Below, piece by piece: positions 50,236 through 62,133 of a stretch of 64,000 nt of DNA. A program made the translations under genes and the position numbers. The stretch spans positions 1 to 64,000 of the forward strand of contig JAUCBJ010003020.1 of assembly GCA_032718475.1 (NCBI GenBank), in the 5' to 3' direction. Below the pieces are notes generated by a model. That model was not told the DNA's origin, did no database searches, and saw nothing but the letters and a program-made list of their open reading frames with translations. How positions within the stretch are numbered: the first letter of the stretch is position 1; every line of letters begins with the position of its first letter. Source of the DNA: Nemertoderma westbladi (lineage: Eukaryota > Animalia > Xenacoelomorpha).

Positions 50236-51794
50236 AGGGCAGGGCACAATATATCCGTAACTTGTTGATGTGTTTATAACCTGCTGTGGCTAAGTTGCCA
50301 CTCGGTTTACATTATAAATGTTTGTTTCCTAGTCAGTAGTAGGTTTGGTAACAGTTGTTCATTAGAAGGGCGGATACAAATTCATCAAACTAATTAATCA
50401 GGATATACCGATAGCCCCACCAAGAATATGGAACTTGTTGGAATGTTGGCAATAATAATTAGCGTTCTTGAATGAATAATAATGACACTGATAAACAAGG
50501 GAAATTTGTTGAAGAAAACAACCCCAATCAATAGTATACGAATATTTGATATCAATATAAACGCGATAAGGATCGACTTCGACGCAAAACAAAGTTATTG
50601 CAAGAAACAAAATAGTTTGCTAGTAAGAGTGCTTTGAAATATCCTTTGCTTGTATTTAAATATTGCACTAATTATGTTTTTGCGTCATCCTTATACAGTT
50701 TATAAATTATAAGCAGATGGATGTTATCTCTCTTAAATCTAGTAAGAATATTTGTAACGATCCATAATGTAAGTCTGCATGGCTACATGCATAAGTAAAG
50801 TTATCGGTGAACGTGTGCAACACGAAAGACCGGAGCAACCCGAAGGCTCCTCTCTCTTGGCTGTTACCTAAAAGGCAGGAAGGGCGCCACACTGACTCCC
50901 AATTATGTAAACCCCGTAACTACTCAACCCTTTTCTATATTATATAGATGCACTACGGTTAAGGTATAAACCTGAACATTTTCCAAGAGTGCGGAAGTGG
51001 AACCCTAAAGATTTTGATTACTCTATGGGGGGAGACCAAATTCAAATAAAAAATACCTGATGACGCAAAGTCACGGCGGACCTCCTGTCATCCTGACTAA
51101 TAGCGCAATCAATTATGCCATGAGTTGCCCAATTAAAACAGGCCGAAAGCCCGCGGGAAATCTGTAATTACCCTATAATTAGCTGTAAATGGTAGGGATA
51201 GCTGGGTTGATGACCGCCACACCAAATTTTAGACCATGTCATTGACCTTTCATACGCCTCGGATCATGTCTATTATACCTGGATAGACTCCAATTAATAT
51301 TTACAATGTAGTTGTAGTTCATATACTTTACATCTCCAATTATTTATCGATGTTTTTTTAACATTGTATACACTATACAGTATACGCTATTATTTTATTA
51401 AATTCTTTAAAGTTATACAACCAACGGTAAATACACCTCACCACAAACAACAACATCTACGCCAATATATAGGCGCATATTTACAATTGTACTTAAATGG
51501 GCATGTTAATCGAAATATAGAAAATAATAAAAAAATTTGCCCAAATATAGTAAGATCTAACTGATGGGTTATATTAAATTATACAGTAGTAAGTTAGGTC
51601 TCAAAATTGCTGAATTGTAAATATTGAGACAATATTCTATTCAGTAGTAAGATAATTTAATGTATGTAATAACAGGCTCCTGTATTAATGTATACAAAAT
51701 TGTTATAAATATATTAATTAAAAAATAAATAAATATCTAACCAAGAGAATAACTATTTACGGCTCCATAACGTCTGCCTAACTATGTAACACGT

Positions 51795-52932
51795 TGAGGG
51801 ACCTTCGCGCAGCACGAGATCCTATATAAGAAAGTGTACTGATCTCTATTAGATATACGAAAATTCCTAAAATATCAATGAGTGATGCTTTCAGTTTGCC
51901 TTAAACTGCAAACTGGTTGTAAAAAACATATATCCATTCCAGTTTGCACTTACACGCTTTATCTGTCATTTGTAAACCTTCTAACTAGGGCTATCTAAGT
52001 TAAGTATGACATTTTTTAGTTATACACTTCATTAGCCTCGTTGCGCTCGTCCTGTTTTGTCTCAAAAATCTTTTCATAAGTACGCAGACTGACAACCTTT
52101 ATAACTACCGGTATGCAAAGTCTCGAAACTGTGCTGGGGGAGTAACTGCTGATTCATGGCATATGGATACTCGTATCCACTGTAAAACTCGTTGCATTCG
52201 TCCTGTACTACCTGGTCAGTGGTCACCAAATATATACGTTACAACATTCCATTGGCAATATTGGATAATAAAACATATCATCCAAGGGATTATCCGGTTT
52301 GGGGGCCTCCAAAACCTGGCAGGTTAGTAAAGGAGCAGGTTACAGAGGCGAATTGAAAGGAACCAAAACAATAAACGTGGGGAATGTTGTAGAATAGAAA
52401 ACCAAATTTAAAAACAAATTTAATTGAGAATCAACAGTCAGATGTATAGACCTACCGGAACTCTAAATAGACTGGAGGCCCCCAAACAGGATAGATAGAC
52501 TGGCTCATCCAATGTGCCAAACCATGTGGTATACTAGTATTGTCAAAACAATACCCGTTATTAGGAGTATAGTCAACACAGACTCGTCTTCATTAGAACC
52601 ATCGCTTCACTCGTCCTGTACATCTGGCACCAAATAACTAACATAAAACATTCCACCACCGTTACTGATCAAAGTTTACAAGTATAGTCAGCACAATACT
52701 CGTCTCCTTCATTAGCCTCGTTACGCTCGTCCCGTAGGCCCCACGAGAATTCTACTGGGAAAATATATAAACTTTTGCCAAACAACATGTGTACCAAGAT
52801 TGGTTAGATTTCATCGAGGATTGGCTGAGTTATTAACGTTCACAAACACGGACCTACAGAACGACAGACACACCGATTGAGTTAGTGGTACCCGTATGAT
52901 AAGCTCGATTACTTTCGTGGCTCGCCCCACAG
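51795..52932 (+). mobile_element. Copy of the Helitron/Helentron-like dispersed repeat
   Basis: Shares both ends with the 6232-7860 copy; internal repeats TTCATTAGCCTCGTTGCGCTCGTCCTGT. Confidence 0.6.
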
Positions 52933-52935
52933 ATA

Positions 52936-54100
52936 TAATAATAAACAATAATAATGATAATAATTTTATTTATAACCCGCCTATACAATAATAGCTCTAG
53001 GCGCACAGACTATGAAATAAGTAGAGTTCTAAAAATTCCAAATTATACAAATACAATGTAATATTAATTAATTAAGTAGAATTTAAAATCAGCAATATAT
53101 AGTATAGTTATAAGTAAAAGTTACAAGTAAAATATCTAAAATTCCAGCAAATAATTAAGTAGAGTTTAAAATAGGCAATATTAAAATCGAAAGTGAAAGT
53201 TAATGCAATACTTATTTAAAAAAGTAGAGTTTAAAATCAGCAAGTAAAATCTAAGTAACAGTTCTAAAAATCCCAAATATACAATATTTTTAAATCGCTT
53301 CAAATCGGCAATAGTTAAGTCAATCACCATACTCGGCCTTAAAATAAAAAGTCTTCAAGTTACTCTTAAAGATGTCAAGACTGGAGGAGTTTCTAATAGA
53401 ATAGGGTAACGCATTCCACACTAACGGGGCAGCTACAGCGAAGGAACGGCGACCATAAGTTTTAGTGTTGTAGTTAGGTACTGCCAAAGCAGCATGTTAG
53501 TGGAGCGCAGATTGCGTGTGGGATGGCAAATATTTCCTAATCCGCGAAAGGTTGCGAATGTGGTAGAATGACTCCTTAACTACGTGAGCTATTTGTTTAT
53601 CCATCATCAGGTGTTCACCCTCAATAAAACCAATACTCCTGGCTGATTTAGTACTTTCCACCATTTTCCTCCGATTAGCAGCTTTTGAGCAGGCAGTTGA
53701 TCAGCAAAACGCGATTGCATTAGGACCATCTCTGTCTTACCGTGATTCATTTTCATAAAATGCTTATTCATCCAATTTTTAATATCAGCAATGCAATCTG
53801 CACTAACATTTATGGCCTCCGAAACCTCACTACGTTTAAATGAAACATATCGCTGAGTATCATCAGCGTACAAGTGATATTTTAGACCATGTCGCCGAAT
53901 TACGTTGGAAAGGGAACGCGTATATAGTGAAAATAATAATGGCCCAAGAACAGAACCCTGTGGAACTCCATATTTCAAATACTTTTTATGTGAATATCTA
54001 TCTCCAATAAGTGCTCGATAAGAGCGCTCACTAAGGTAAGAGCGAAACCAATTTAATGCATTCCCAGTTACACCAACATTATGCTCTAGAATTTGTAGTA
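52936..54100 (-). mobile_element. 5'-truncated L2/CR1-clade LINE
   Basis: GNALNWFRSYLSER, GVPQGSVLGPLLFSLY, YADDTQ, KTYGRRSFAVAAPLVWNALP, (ATT)n-like tail; internal deletion and frameshifts. Confidence 0.9.
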
Positions 54101-54216
54101 GTATGGATGGAATGATCAATGGTCCAGATACACCGATTGAGTTAGTGGTACCCGTATGATAAGCTCGCTTACTTTCGTGGCTTGCCACACATAGTGACAT
54201 AACCACACCACAATGC

Positions 54217-54528
54217 AACTACTACTAGAGTAACTACTACTAGAGTAACTACTACTAGAGTAACTACTACTAGAGTAACTACTACTAGAGTAACTAATAC
54301 TATAGTAACTACTACTAGAATAACTACTACTAGAGTAACTACTACTAGAGTAACTACTACTAGAGTAACTACTACTAGAGTAACTAATACTAGAGTAACT
54401 ACTACTAGAGTAACTACTACTAGAGTAACTACTACTAGAGTAACTACTACTAGAGTAACTACTACTAGAGTAACTACTACTAGAGTAACTAATACTAGAG
54501 TAACTACTACTAGAGTAACTACTACTAA
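54217..54528. repeat. 15-bp minisatellite (~21 copies)
   Basis: Unit AACTACTACTAGAGT. Confidence 0.95.
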
Positions 54529-55000
54529 CAGTAAAGAACTACCGGTACTGACTGGTTGCAACATATTATTAAGCAACAATTAAATTATTATACTGAACAG
54601 TATGTAGACCCAAAATTCATAGACTTACTACTGTCTGGAGAACATGAGCACCTAAAGTTAATCCAATAATTACTAGTTCGGATAATTCAAACCCAATGTT
54701 GCGAAATTCGGTTCTATTATATTTTTTTATGCCCAGGGATTTTTACCTGCTATGGTTTAATTACCATTTTTTCTTCTGCCGTCATAAAGTTAATAAAGAG
54801 GTGCCTGACAAGACAATAAATATTATCTGTATAATATTATTATTGTTGAAGATAGACCTAAATACAGACACCCACTCTCTTGGCCTTATAATTTTTCAGA
54901 ATTTTAGCTCACCTGGAATGATTCTAATAAAAAATTATTTGGTGGAAAATATTATTCTATAAAAAAACACAAGAAAACATATAAGCAATCAAGGTCTCAC

Positions 55001-56177
55001 CTAAGACGGAGGGTTCCTGCATAAACTCTGGGAGATCTGGACCCGTTGGCGCCATAATCCAGCCGTCGTACAGCTTCAACACGGCGTTCATGGTCCGGTT
55101 CTCGGAGAACGGGAGGATCATAGCCTGTCGGAAGACTTCGTGGACGATGTCGACGTAATGCCGGGTGGAGAAGAGAACCCGTCGAAGAATCGTAGAGTCT
55201 CCGGACCGTCCGACGGGGGGAGGCGGTCGTTCCGAATCCGTGTCGCCATGGAGACTGACCACGGAACCCCTCGCGCCCTCCTGTTTGCCCAGAATGACCA
55301 CAGTGAACCAGGTGACCACCTTAACGCGGGAGGCGAGTAGCGAACGATTCCAGCGGGTCTCGGAACCTCGGACGCCCGGTATCGGACGCTTCCGACTGTA
55401 CAATCCGAATTCTGGGGTGAAATCCGGGAAGATCTTTATCAAATAATGCGATTTAAATATCTCGAATAGGAAACTACAACTTTTTTCGTGCCAATACAAA
55501 GGGTCTTCGTTCCACTCGAGGTAACATATCTGCGTGTCCATAAACTCCAGGAGAGTCTGCAGGTAGACGTTGGTAGCGTCGTCGGGTTGGCGTTCCTTGC
55601 CGTCTATAGGGATGATTGGCAGGCAGTCGGCGGCGGATACCCCGTAGTCGTTGGCCCCCGACGGGGCGAGAGAACGCGAGCGGGAGGCCGCATCGGGGGT
55701 GTCGTTTATACCGGGAACGAGGTTCGCGTATATCACCAAACAGTCGCCTTCTGCGTTCTCTTGCAGGGCTAACATCCACAGAAGGAATAAACGCATTCCG
55801 GTCATCCGCAGATGGAGTTTGTTCAACGGGTTTAACAGTTTCTTCATGACGCGGGTTATCGAGTTGAACTGCCATTTCTTGTGTATGAGATCGGGTAGCA
55901 TCCATAAGATGTTCTCGAGTATCGTCAGAACCGAGTCAAGGTCTTCTCGTTGTGCTCGATGAGCTCTCTGTCGGACAGTCGCCTCGACTGCAACAAAACT
56001 CTCGTACCAAATAAAATATATGATGGAGGAATTAGCGTTGAAGAAATGTTTAACGTCTTTCGTATCCGAATAATCGATAAACAATCGCAAATGTTTGAGA
56101 CGAGTTAGAACGTCTTTCTTGTTATCCAGTATCTTTTGAATTGTTTTCCTGACGTCTTGACCTTTCTTACTGAACAT
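55001..56177 (-). CDS. RALGAPA1: RalGAP alpha subunit, exon 1 (1177 nt)
   Basis: MFSKKGQDVRKTIQKILDNKKDVLTRLKHLR, LPDLIHKKWQFNSI, GMRLFLLWMLALQEN and VHEVFRQA match the RALGAPA N-terminus. Donor TTAG|GTGAGA at 55000, phase 1, fits exon 2. Confidence 0.95.
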
Positions 56178-56295
56178 ATCGAATAGAGTTCAGTAGTTGC
56201 AAAAGACAGAAAGAATGGCAAAGTTATTTCAGTTACAGTCTGACAGTCAGATACACACAGTCTGACAGTTCTACAGTTGGGATACATGACTGCAT

Positions 56296-56899
56296 GACCG
56301 AACGTAATCAGGATCGAATGCAACATAGTTATTACGTATCGAACGTAACTAGTAACCGCAATTATGTTACATTGGCAGATTGGGATTGGATCCTATAACT
56401 ATGTTACATTCGATCTACAAATTAATAAGCCCGAATTTAACATTGCCATTTACTGATTTAAAGGAGCAGGTTATCGAGGCGTGTTGGGGGAACCAAAACA
56501 ATAAACGGAAGTTAACACATGTTACAAGATTATGCAGGTCTGCAGGTAACTTTTATTTAAAGGAGCAGGTTACAGATGCGTGTTGGGGGAACCAAAACAA
56601 TAAACGAAAGTTAACACATGTTACAAGATTATGCAGGTTACTTAATTGGGTCTTGGGTCTTTGTTTTGTACTCACCAAACTGTTTCTTCCTGTAAATAAA
56701 CGAAGCATTCATCGGTTTACTCCTGAAATCAAAACATAACCAGACAACTGAAATAAATGTATGTTACATTCGTGCTTAGTAGGCTAATTTGTAAATGGAA
56801 TTTAACATAGTTATAGGATCCAATGTAACATAATTGAGGTTACCCTACGTTCGATTCGTAAAAACTATGTTACAGTCGATCCTGATTACACGTTCGGTC
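56296..56899. mobile_element. ~600-bp element with ~130-bp inverted termini, ~120 bp upstream of the RalGAPA ATG
   Basis: GACCGAACGTAATCAGGATCGA..AACATAGTTT...GGATCCTATAACTATGTTA mirrored at 56780-56899; internal ~100-bp tandem duplication; no clear TSD. Confidence 0.8.
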
Positions 56900-58030
56900 T
56901 GTCACCCTCACCCCTGCAGTTGACAATCTGATACTGACAGTCAGTAACTGTCTGCCTGCTGGCCTGTATAACGGAACGGTAGGCTATTAGATAACCAAGG
57001 CTGCAAGGACAGGAAGGACTATAACAATAACAAATTAAGTACCGGTACAGTACCGGTACGGCATGCGGATGTGAGACTTTTTTTTACTTTATTTAACTTT
57101 TCACAGTCAGACGGTACTACAGTAGGCCTATGCATTTATGCAATATGCATGCTAGGTGGAGGGGGTTTACCTTAAGTTTTTTTTTAATTAATTAAAAAAA
57201 ATATATTAGGATACTGAAAGCGTGGGCAGCATTAATAGAGTAATATAACTGAAGCGTAAACTGTAATGACGCTGGTAATTTTTTTTTCAATTAGAACAAT
57301 ATATTCGATATAAAAACGCAACGGAAAACACTATTTCCCACTCATTTTCTTTAGCAAAATTAAGTTACTCTGCCCAGTGCACAGTGCAGAATTTAACGGC
57401 GAATCCTTATATGTAAATTATCATCATGTTTACTTTTACAGATATTTCGATTTTACTTTGGCATGTTTTCATATCAATCAATATTACCGAGAAAAATGTG
57501 TTTCCTGAAAGATAGACTGATAGAGACTAGAATTTGCCAAACATAAAAACTGATATCGGAAATGAAATCAGCGACCTCGAAATCAACCATGTGGTGAACC
57601 TTTTAGCTAGGTGGTGTCTTATATTATGTTTGGCATAGGCATAAACAGACAAACGGGCCTTCCGACAGACAACCAGACAGGCAGACTAGATTGTGCGAAA
57701 CATGAAAACTGATATCAGAAATGAAATAACCGACCACGAAAACCCCCGCTGCGAAAATACCAGATATCTGCTACTGTATCTTAATATGAGTCATATATGT
57801 CTATTTTATTCATTCATACAGTATTAATAGTCAGATAGAGACAGGCAATTAGCGCGGGGGGGGGGGGGGTTAAATTTAAATACATTTTGCTTCAAATTTG
57901 TATTTCTCGAGTTTCTTGTCTCCACCGTACCTCTTGGTGGTGCAAAACGAATTTGCTTTTTTCGTGTCTCCTACGAACTACTCAGTGATCCAACGCGGAT
58001 TGTTCTTCTCTCAAACCATACCACATCGAT

Positions 58031-58475
58031 GGCTCTCTTACAGTTTGCCGTGCCACCTATATATTCAATGTAATTCTATTTAGATTGTAATATACTCTAC
58101 AGGGTAAGTACAATATTACATTTTGTTACGTTTAAATTTTTTATACTATCTAGTTTTTGTTTCTTATTTTTATGGTTCTAGAACATATTATATATTCACT
58201 TAATATACAAATTTTGTTCTAGAACAAATATTTATTGTTCTAGAACAAAAAAAAGCACTGGCTAATTTGATAATTTTTTAAATTTTTTTTATTGTATGTA
58301 ATCTTTGTATACATTTTTTATACTAGCTAGTTTTTTTACTTTTTTTTAAAAATGTTCTAGAACATATTATCTATTAATTTAATATAAAAATTATTTTATT
58401 CGAGAACAAATATTTTAAGATCATTTCATTATATCAAAAAATTGCTATAATGGCACGGCAAAGTGTAAGAGTCCC
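58031..58475. mobile_element. AT-rich MITE inserted in the degenerate edge of the 48-bp array
   Basis: CTCTTACAGTTTGCCGTGCCA / TGGCACGGCAAAGTGTAAGAG inverted termini; internal TTCTAGAACA repeats. Confidence 0.75.
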
Positions 58476-61400
58476 CTCGGTGATACAAAACCGATTCGTC
58501 TTGTTCTTCTCTCAACCATACCACTCGGTGATACAAAACCGATTCGTCTTGTTCTTCTCTCAACCATACCACTCGGTGATACAAAACCGATTCGTCTTGT
58601 TCTTCTCTCAACCATACACTCGATGATACAAAACCGATTCGTCTTGTTCTTCTCTCAACCATACCACTCGGTTGCCTTGTTCTTCTCTCAACCATACACT
58701 CGGTGATACAAAACCGATTCGTCTTGTTCTTCTCTCAACCATACACTCGGTGATACAAAACCGATTCGTCTTGTTCTTCTCTCAACCATACACTCGATGA
58801 TACAAAACCGATTCGTCTTGTTCTTCTCTCAACCATACCACTCGGTGATACAAAACCGATTCGTCTTGTTCTTCTCTCAACCATACACTCGGTGATACAA
58901 AACCGATTCGTCTTGTTCTACTCTCAACCATACACTCGGTGATACAAAACCGATTCGTCTTGTTCTTCTCTCAACCATACCACTCGGTTGCCTTGTTCTT
59001 CTCTCAACCATACCACTCGGTGATACAAAACCGATTCGTCTTGTTCTTCTCTCAACCATACACTCGGTGATACAAAACCGATTCGTCTTGTTCTACTCTC
59101 AACCATACACTCGGTGATACAAAACCGATTCGTCTTGTTCTTCTCTCAACCATACCACTCGGTTGCCTTGTTCTTCTCTCAACCATATCACTCGGTGATA
59201 CAAAACCGATTCGTCTTGTTCTTCTCTCAACCATACCACTCGGTGATACAAAACCGATTCGTCTTGTTCTTCTCTCAACCATACAATCGGTGATACAAAA
59301 CCGATTCGTCTTGTTCTTCTCTCAACCATACCACTCGGTTGCCTTGTTCTTCTCTCAACCATATCACTCGGTGATACAAAACCGATTCGTCTTGTTCTTC
59401 TCTCAACCATACAATCGGTGATACAAAACCGATTCGTCTTGTTCTTCTCTCAACCACCACTCGGTGATGCAAAACCGATTCGTCTTGTTCTTCTCTCAAC
59501 CATACCACTCGGTGATACAAAACCGATTCGTCTTGTTCTTCTCTCAACCATACACTCGGTGATACAAAACCGATTCGTCTTGTTTTTCTCTCAACCAAAC
59601 CACTCGGTGATACAAAACCGATTCGTCTTGTTCTTCTCTCAACCATACCACTCGGTGATACAAAACCGATTCGTCTTGTTCTTCTCTCAACCATACACTC
59701 GGTGATACAAAACCGATTCGTCTTGTTTTTCTCTCAACCAAACCACTCGGTGATACAAAACCGATTCGTCTTGTTCTTCTCTCAACCATACCACTCGGTG
59801 ATACAAAACCGATTTGTCTTGTTCTTCTCTCAACCATACACTCGGTGATACAAAACCGATTCGTCTTGTTTTTCTCTCAACCAAACCACTCGGTGATACA
59901 AAACCGAGTCGTCTTGTTCTTCTCTCAACCATACCACTCGGTGATACAAAACCGATTCGTCTTGTTCTTCTCTCAACCAAACCACTCGGTGATACAAAAC
60001 CGATTCGTCTTGTTTTTCTCTCAACCATACACTAGGTGATACAAAACCGATTCGTCTTGTTTTTCTCTCAACCAAACCACTCGGTGATACAAAACCGATT
60101 CGTCTTGTTCTTCTCTCAACCATACCACTCGGTGATACAAAACCGATTCGTCTTGTTTTTCTCTCAACCAAACCACTCGGTGATACAAAACCGATTCGTC
60201 TTGTTCTTCTCTCAACCATACCACTCGGTGATACAAAACCGATTCGTCTTGTTCTTCTCTCAACCATACCACTCGGTGATACAAAACCGATTCGTCTTGT
60301 TCTTCTCTCAACCATACACTCGGTGATATAAAACCGATTCGTCTTGTTCTTCTCTCAACCATATCACTCGGTGATACAAAACCGATTCGTCTTGTTCTTC
60401 TCTCAACCATACCACTCGGTGATACAAAACCGATTCGTCTTGTTCTTCTCTCAACCATACACTCGGTGATATAAAACCGATTCGTCTTGTTCTTCTCTCA
60501 ACCATATCACTCGGTGATACAAAACCGATTCGTCTTGTTCTTCTCTCAACCATACACTCGGTGATACAAAACCGATTCGTCTTGTTCTTCTCTCAACCAT
60601 ACACTCGGTGATACAAAACCGATTCGTCTTGTTTTTCTCTCAACCATACCACTCGGTGATACAAAACCGATTCGTCTTGTTCTTCTCTCAACCATACCAC
60701 TCGGTGATACAAAACCGATTCGTCTTGTTCTTCTCTCAACCATACCACTCGGTGATACAAAACCGATTCGTCTTGTTCTTCTCTCAACCATACCACTCGG
60801 TGATACAAAACCGATTCGTCTTGTTCTTCTCTCAACCATACACTCGGTGATACAAAACCGATTCGTCTTGTTCTTCTCTCAACCATACACTCGGTGATAC
60901 AAAACCGATTCGTCTTGTTCTTCTCTCAACCATACACTCGGTGATACAAAACCGATTCGTCTTGTTCTTCTCTCAACCATACACTCGGTGATACAAAACC
61001 GATTCGTCTTGTTCTTCTCTCAACCATACCACTCGGTGATACAAAACCGATTCGTCTTGTTCTTCTCTCAACCATACACTCGGTGATACAAAACCGATTC
61101 GTCTTGTTCTTCTCTCAACCATATCACTCGGTGATACAAAACCGATTCGTCTTGTTCTTCTCTCAACCATACCACTCGGTGATACAAAACCGATTCGTCT
61201 TGTTCTTCTCTCAACCATACCACTCGGTGATACAAAACCGATTCGTCTTGTTCTTCTCTCAACCATACCACCACTCGGTTGCCTTGTTCTTCTCTCAACC
61301 AAATCACTCGGTGATACAAAACCTATTCGTCTTGTTCTTCTCTCAACCATACCACTCGGTGATACAAAACCGATTCGTCTTGTTCTTCTCTCAACCATAC

Positions 61401-61560
61401 AATCGGTGATACAAAACCGATTCGTCTTGTTCTTCTCTCAACCATACCACTCGGTGATACAAAACCGATTCGTCTTGTTCTTCTCTCAACCATACCACTA
61501 CTCGTTTGCCTTGTTGTTTTCTCAACCACCACTCGGTTTTACAAAAGCGATTTGCCTTGT
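58476..61560. repeat. 47/48-bp satellite (~65 copies) with degenerate edges at ~57915-58030 and ~61560-61730
   Basis: Unit CTCGGTGATACAAAACCGATTCGTCTTGTTCTTCTCTCAACCATAC(C)A, plus a shorter CTCGGTTGCCTTG variant. Confidence 0.97.
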
Positions 61561-62133
61561 TCTTTTCTCCACCGTATTTACTCGGTGATCCAAAACCGAT
61601 TTGTTTTTTCTCTACCGTACCTCTCAGTGATTCAACGAGGATTTACTTGCTTTTGACTCCACCGTATTACTCGGTAATCCAACACGGATTTGCTTTGTTC
61701 TTGTCACGGTACCACTCCAGTGATGCAACATGACTCCACTCCACTATCTATCCACAGCCAAGTATTTATACCGCATTCGCTAATTTTACAAGATCGCCAA
61801 ATTCTTAACATATCTCCCAAGGGCCAAATGATTTAATTAATTGCCATCATGTGGATTTACGACATAAAATTGTTGTACCTGGATGAAGGATTTTGATAAT
61901 TGGGTATTGGTAATAAAGTATGCTGATATGTTTCGAGTTAGTTTTGCCAAGTTTCTAATTCACTTTGATACGACACTTCACACTATTAGTACTATCACCG
62001 ATTAAAAGTCCCCATAGATAAGTTATTATAAATTTATATTCCATTCTTAATATACAAAATTAAATCTTAATGTACAATCTGTGTACAGTATCTTATATTC
62101 AAGTAATTTTAATTTGAATATAAATTTTAAAGT

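Noticed and set aside
58476-61560. CRISPR-like array (palindromic repeat unit)
   Set aside because: Units are head-to-tail with no unique spacers, there are no cas genes, and the context is eukaryotic. The same applies to the other arrays.
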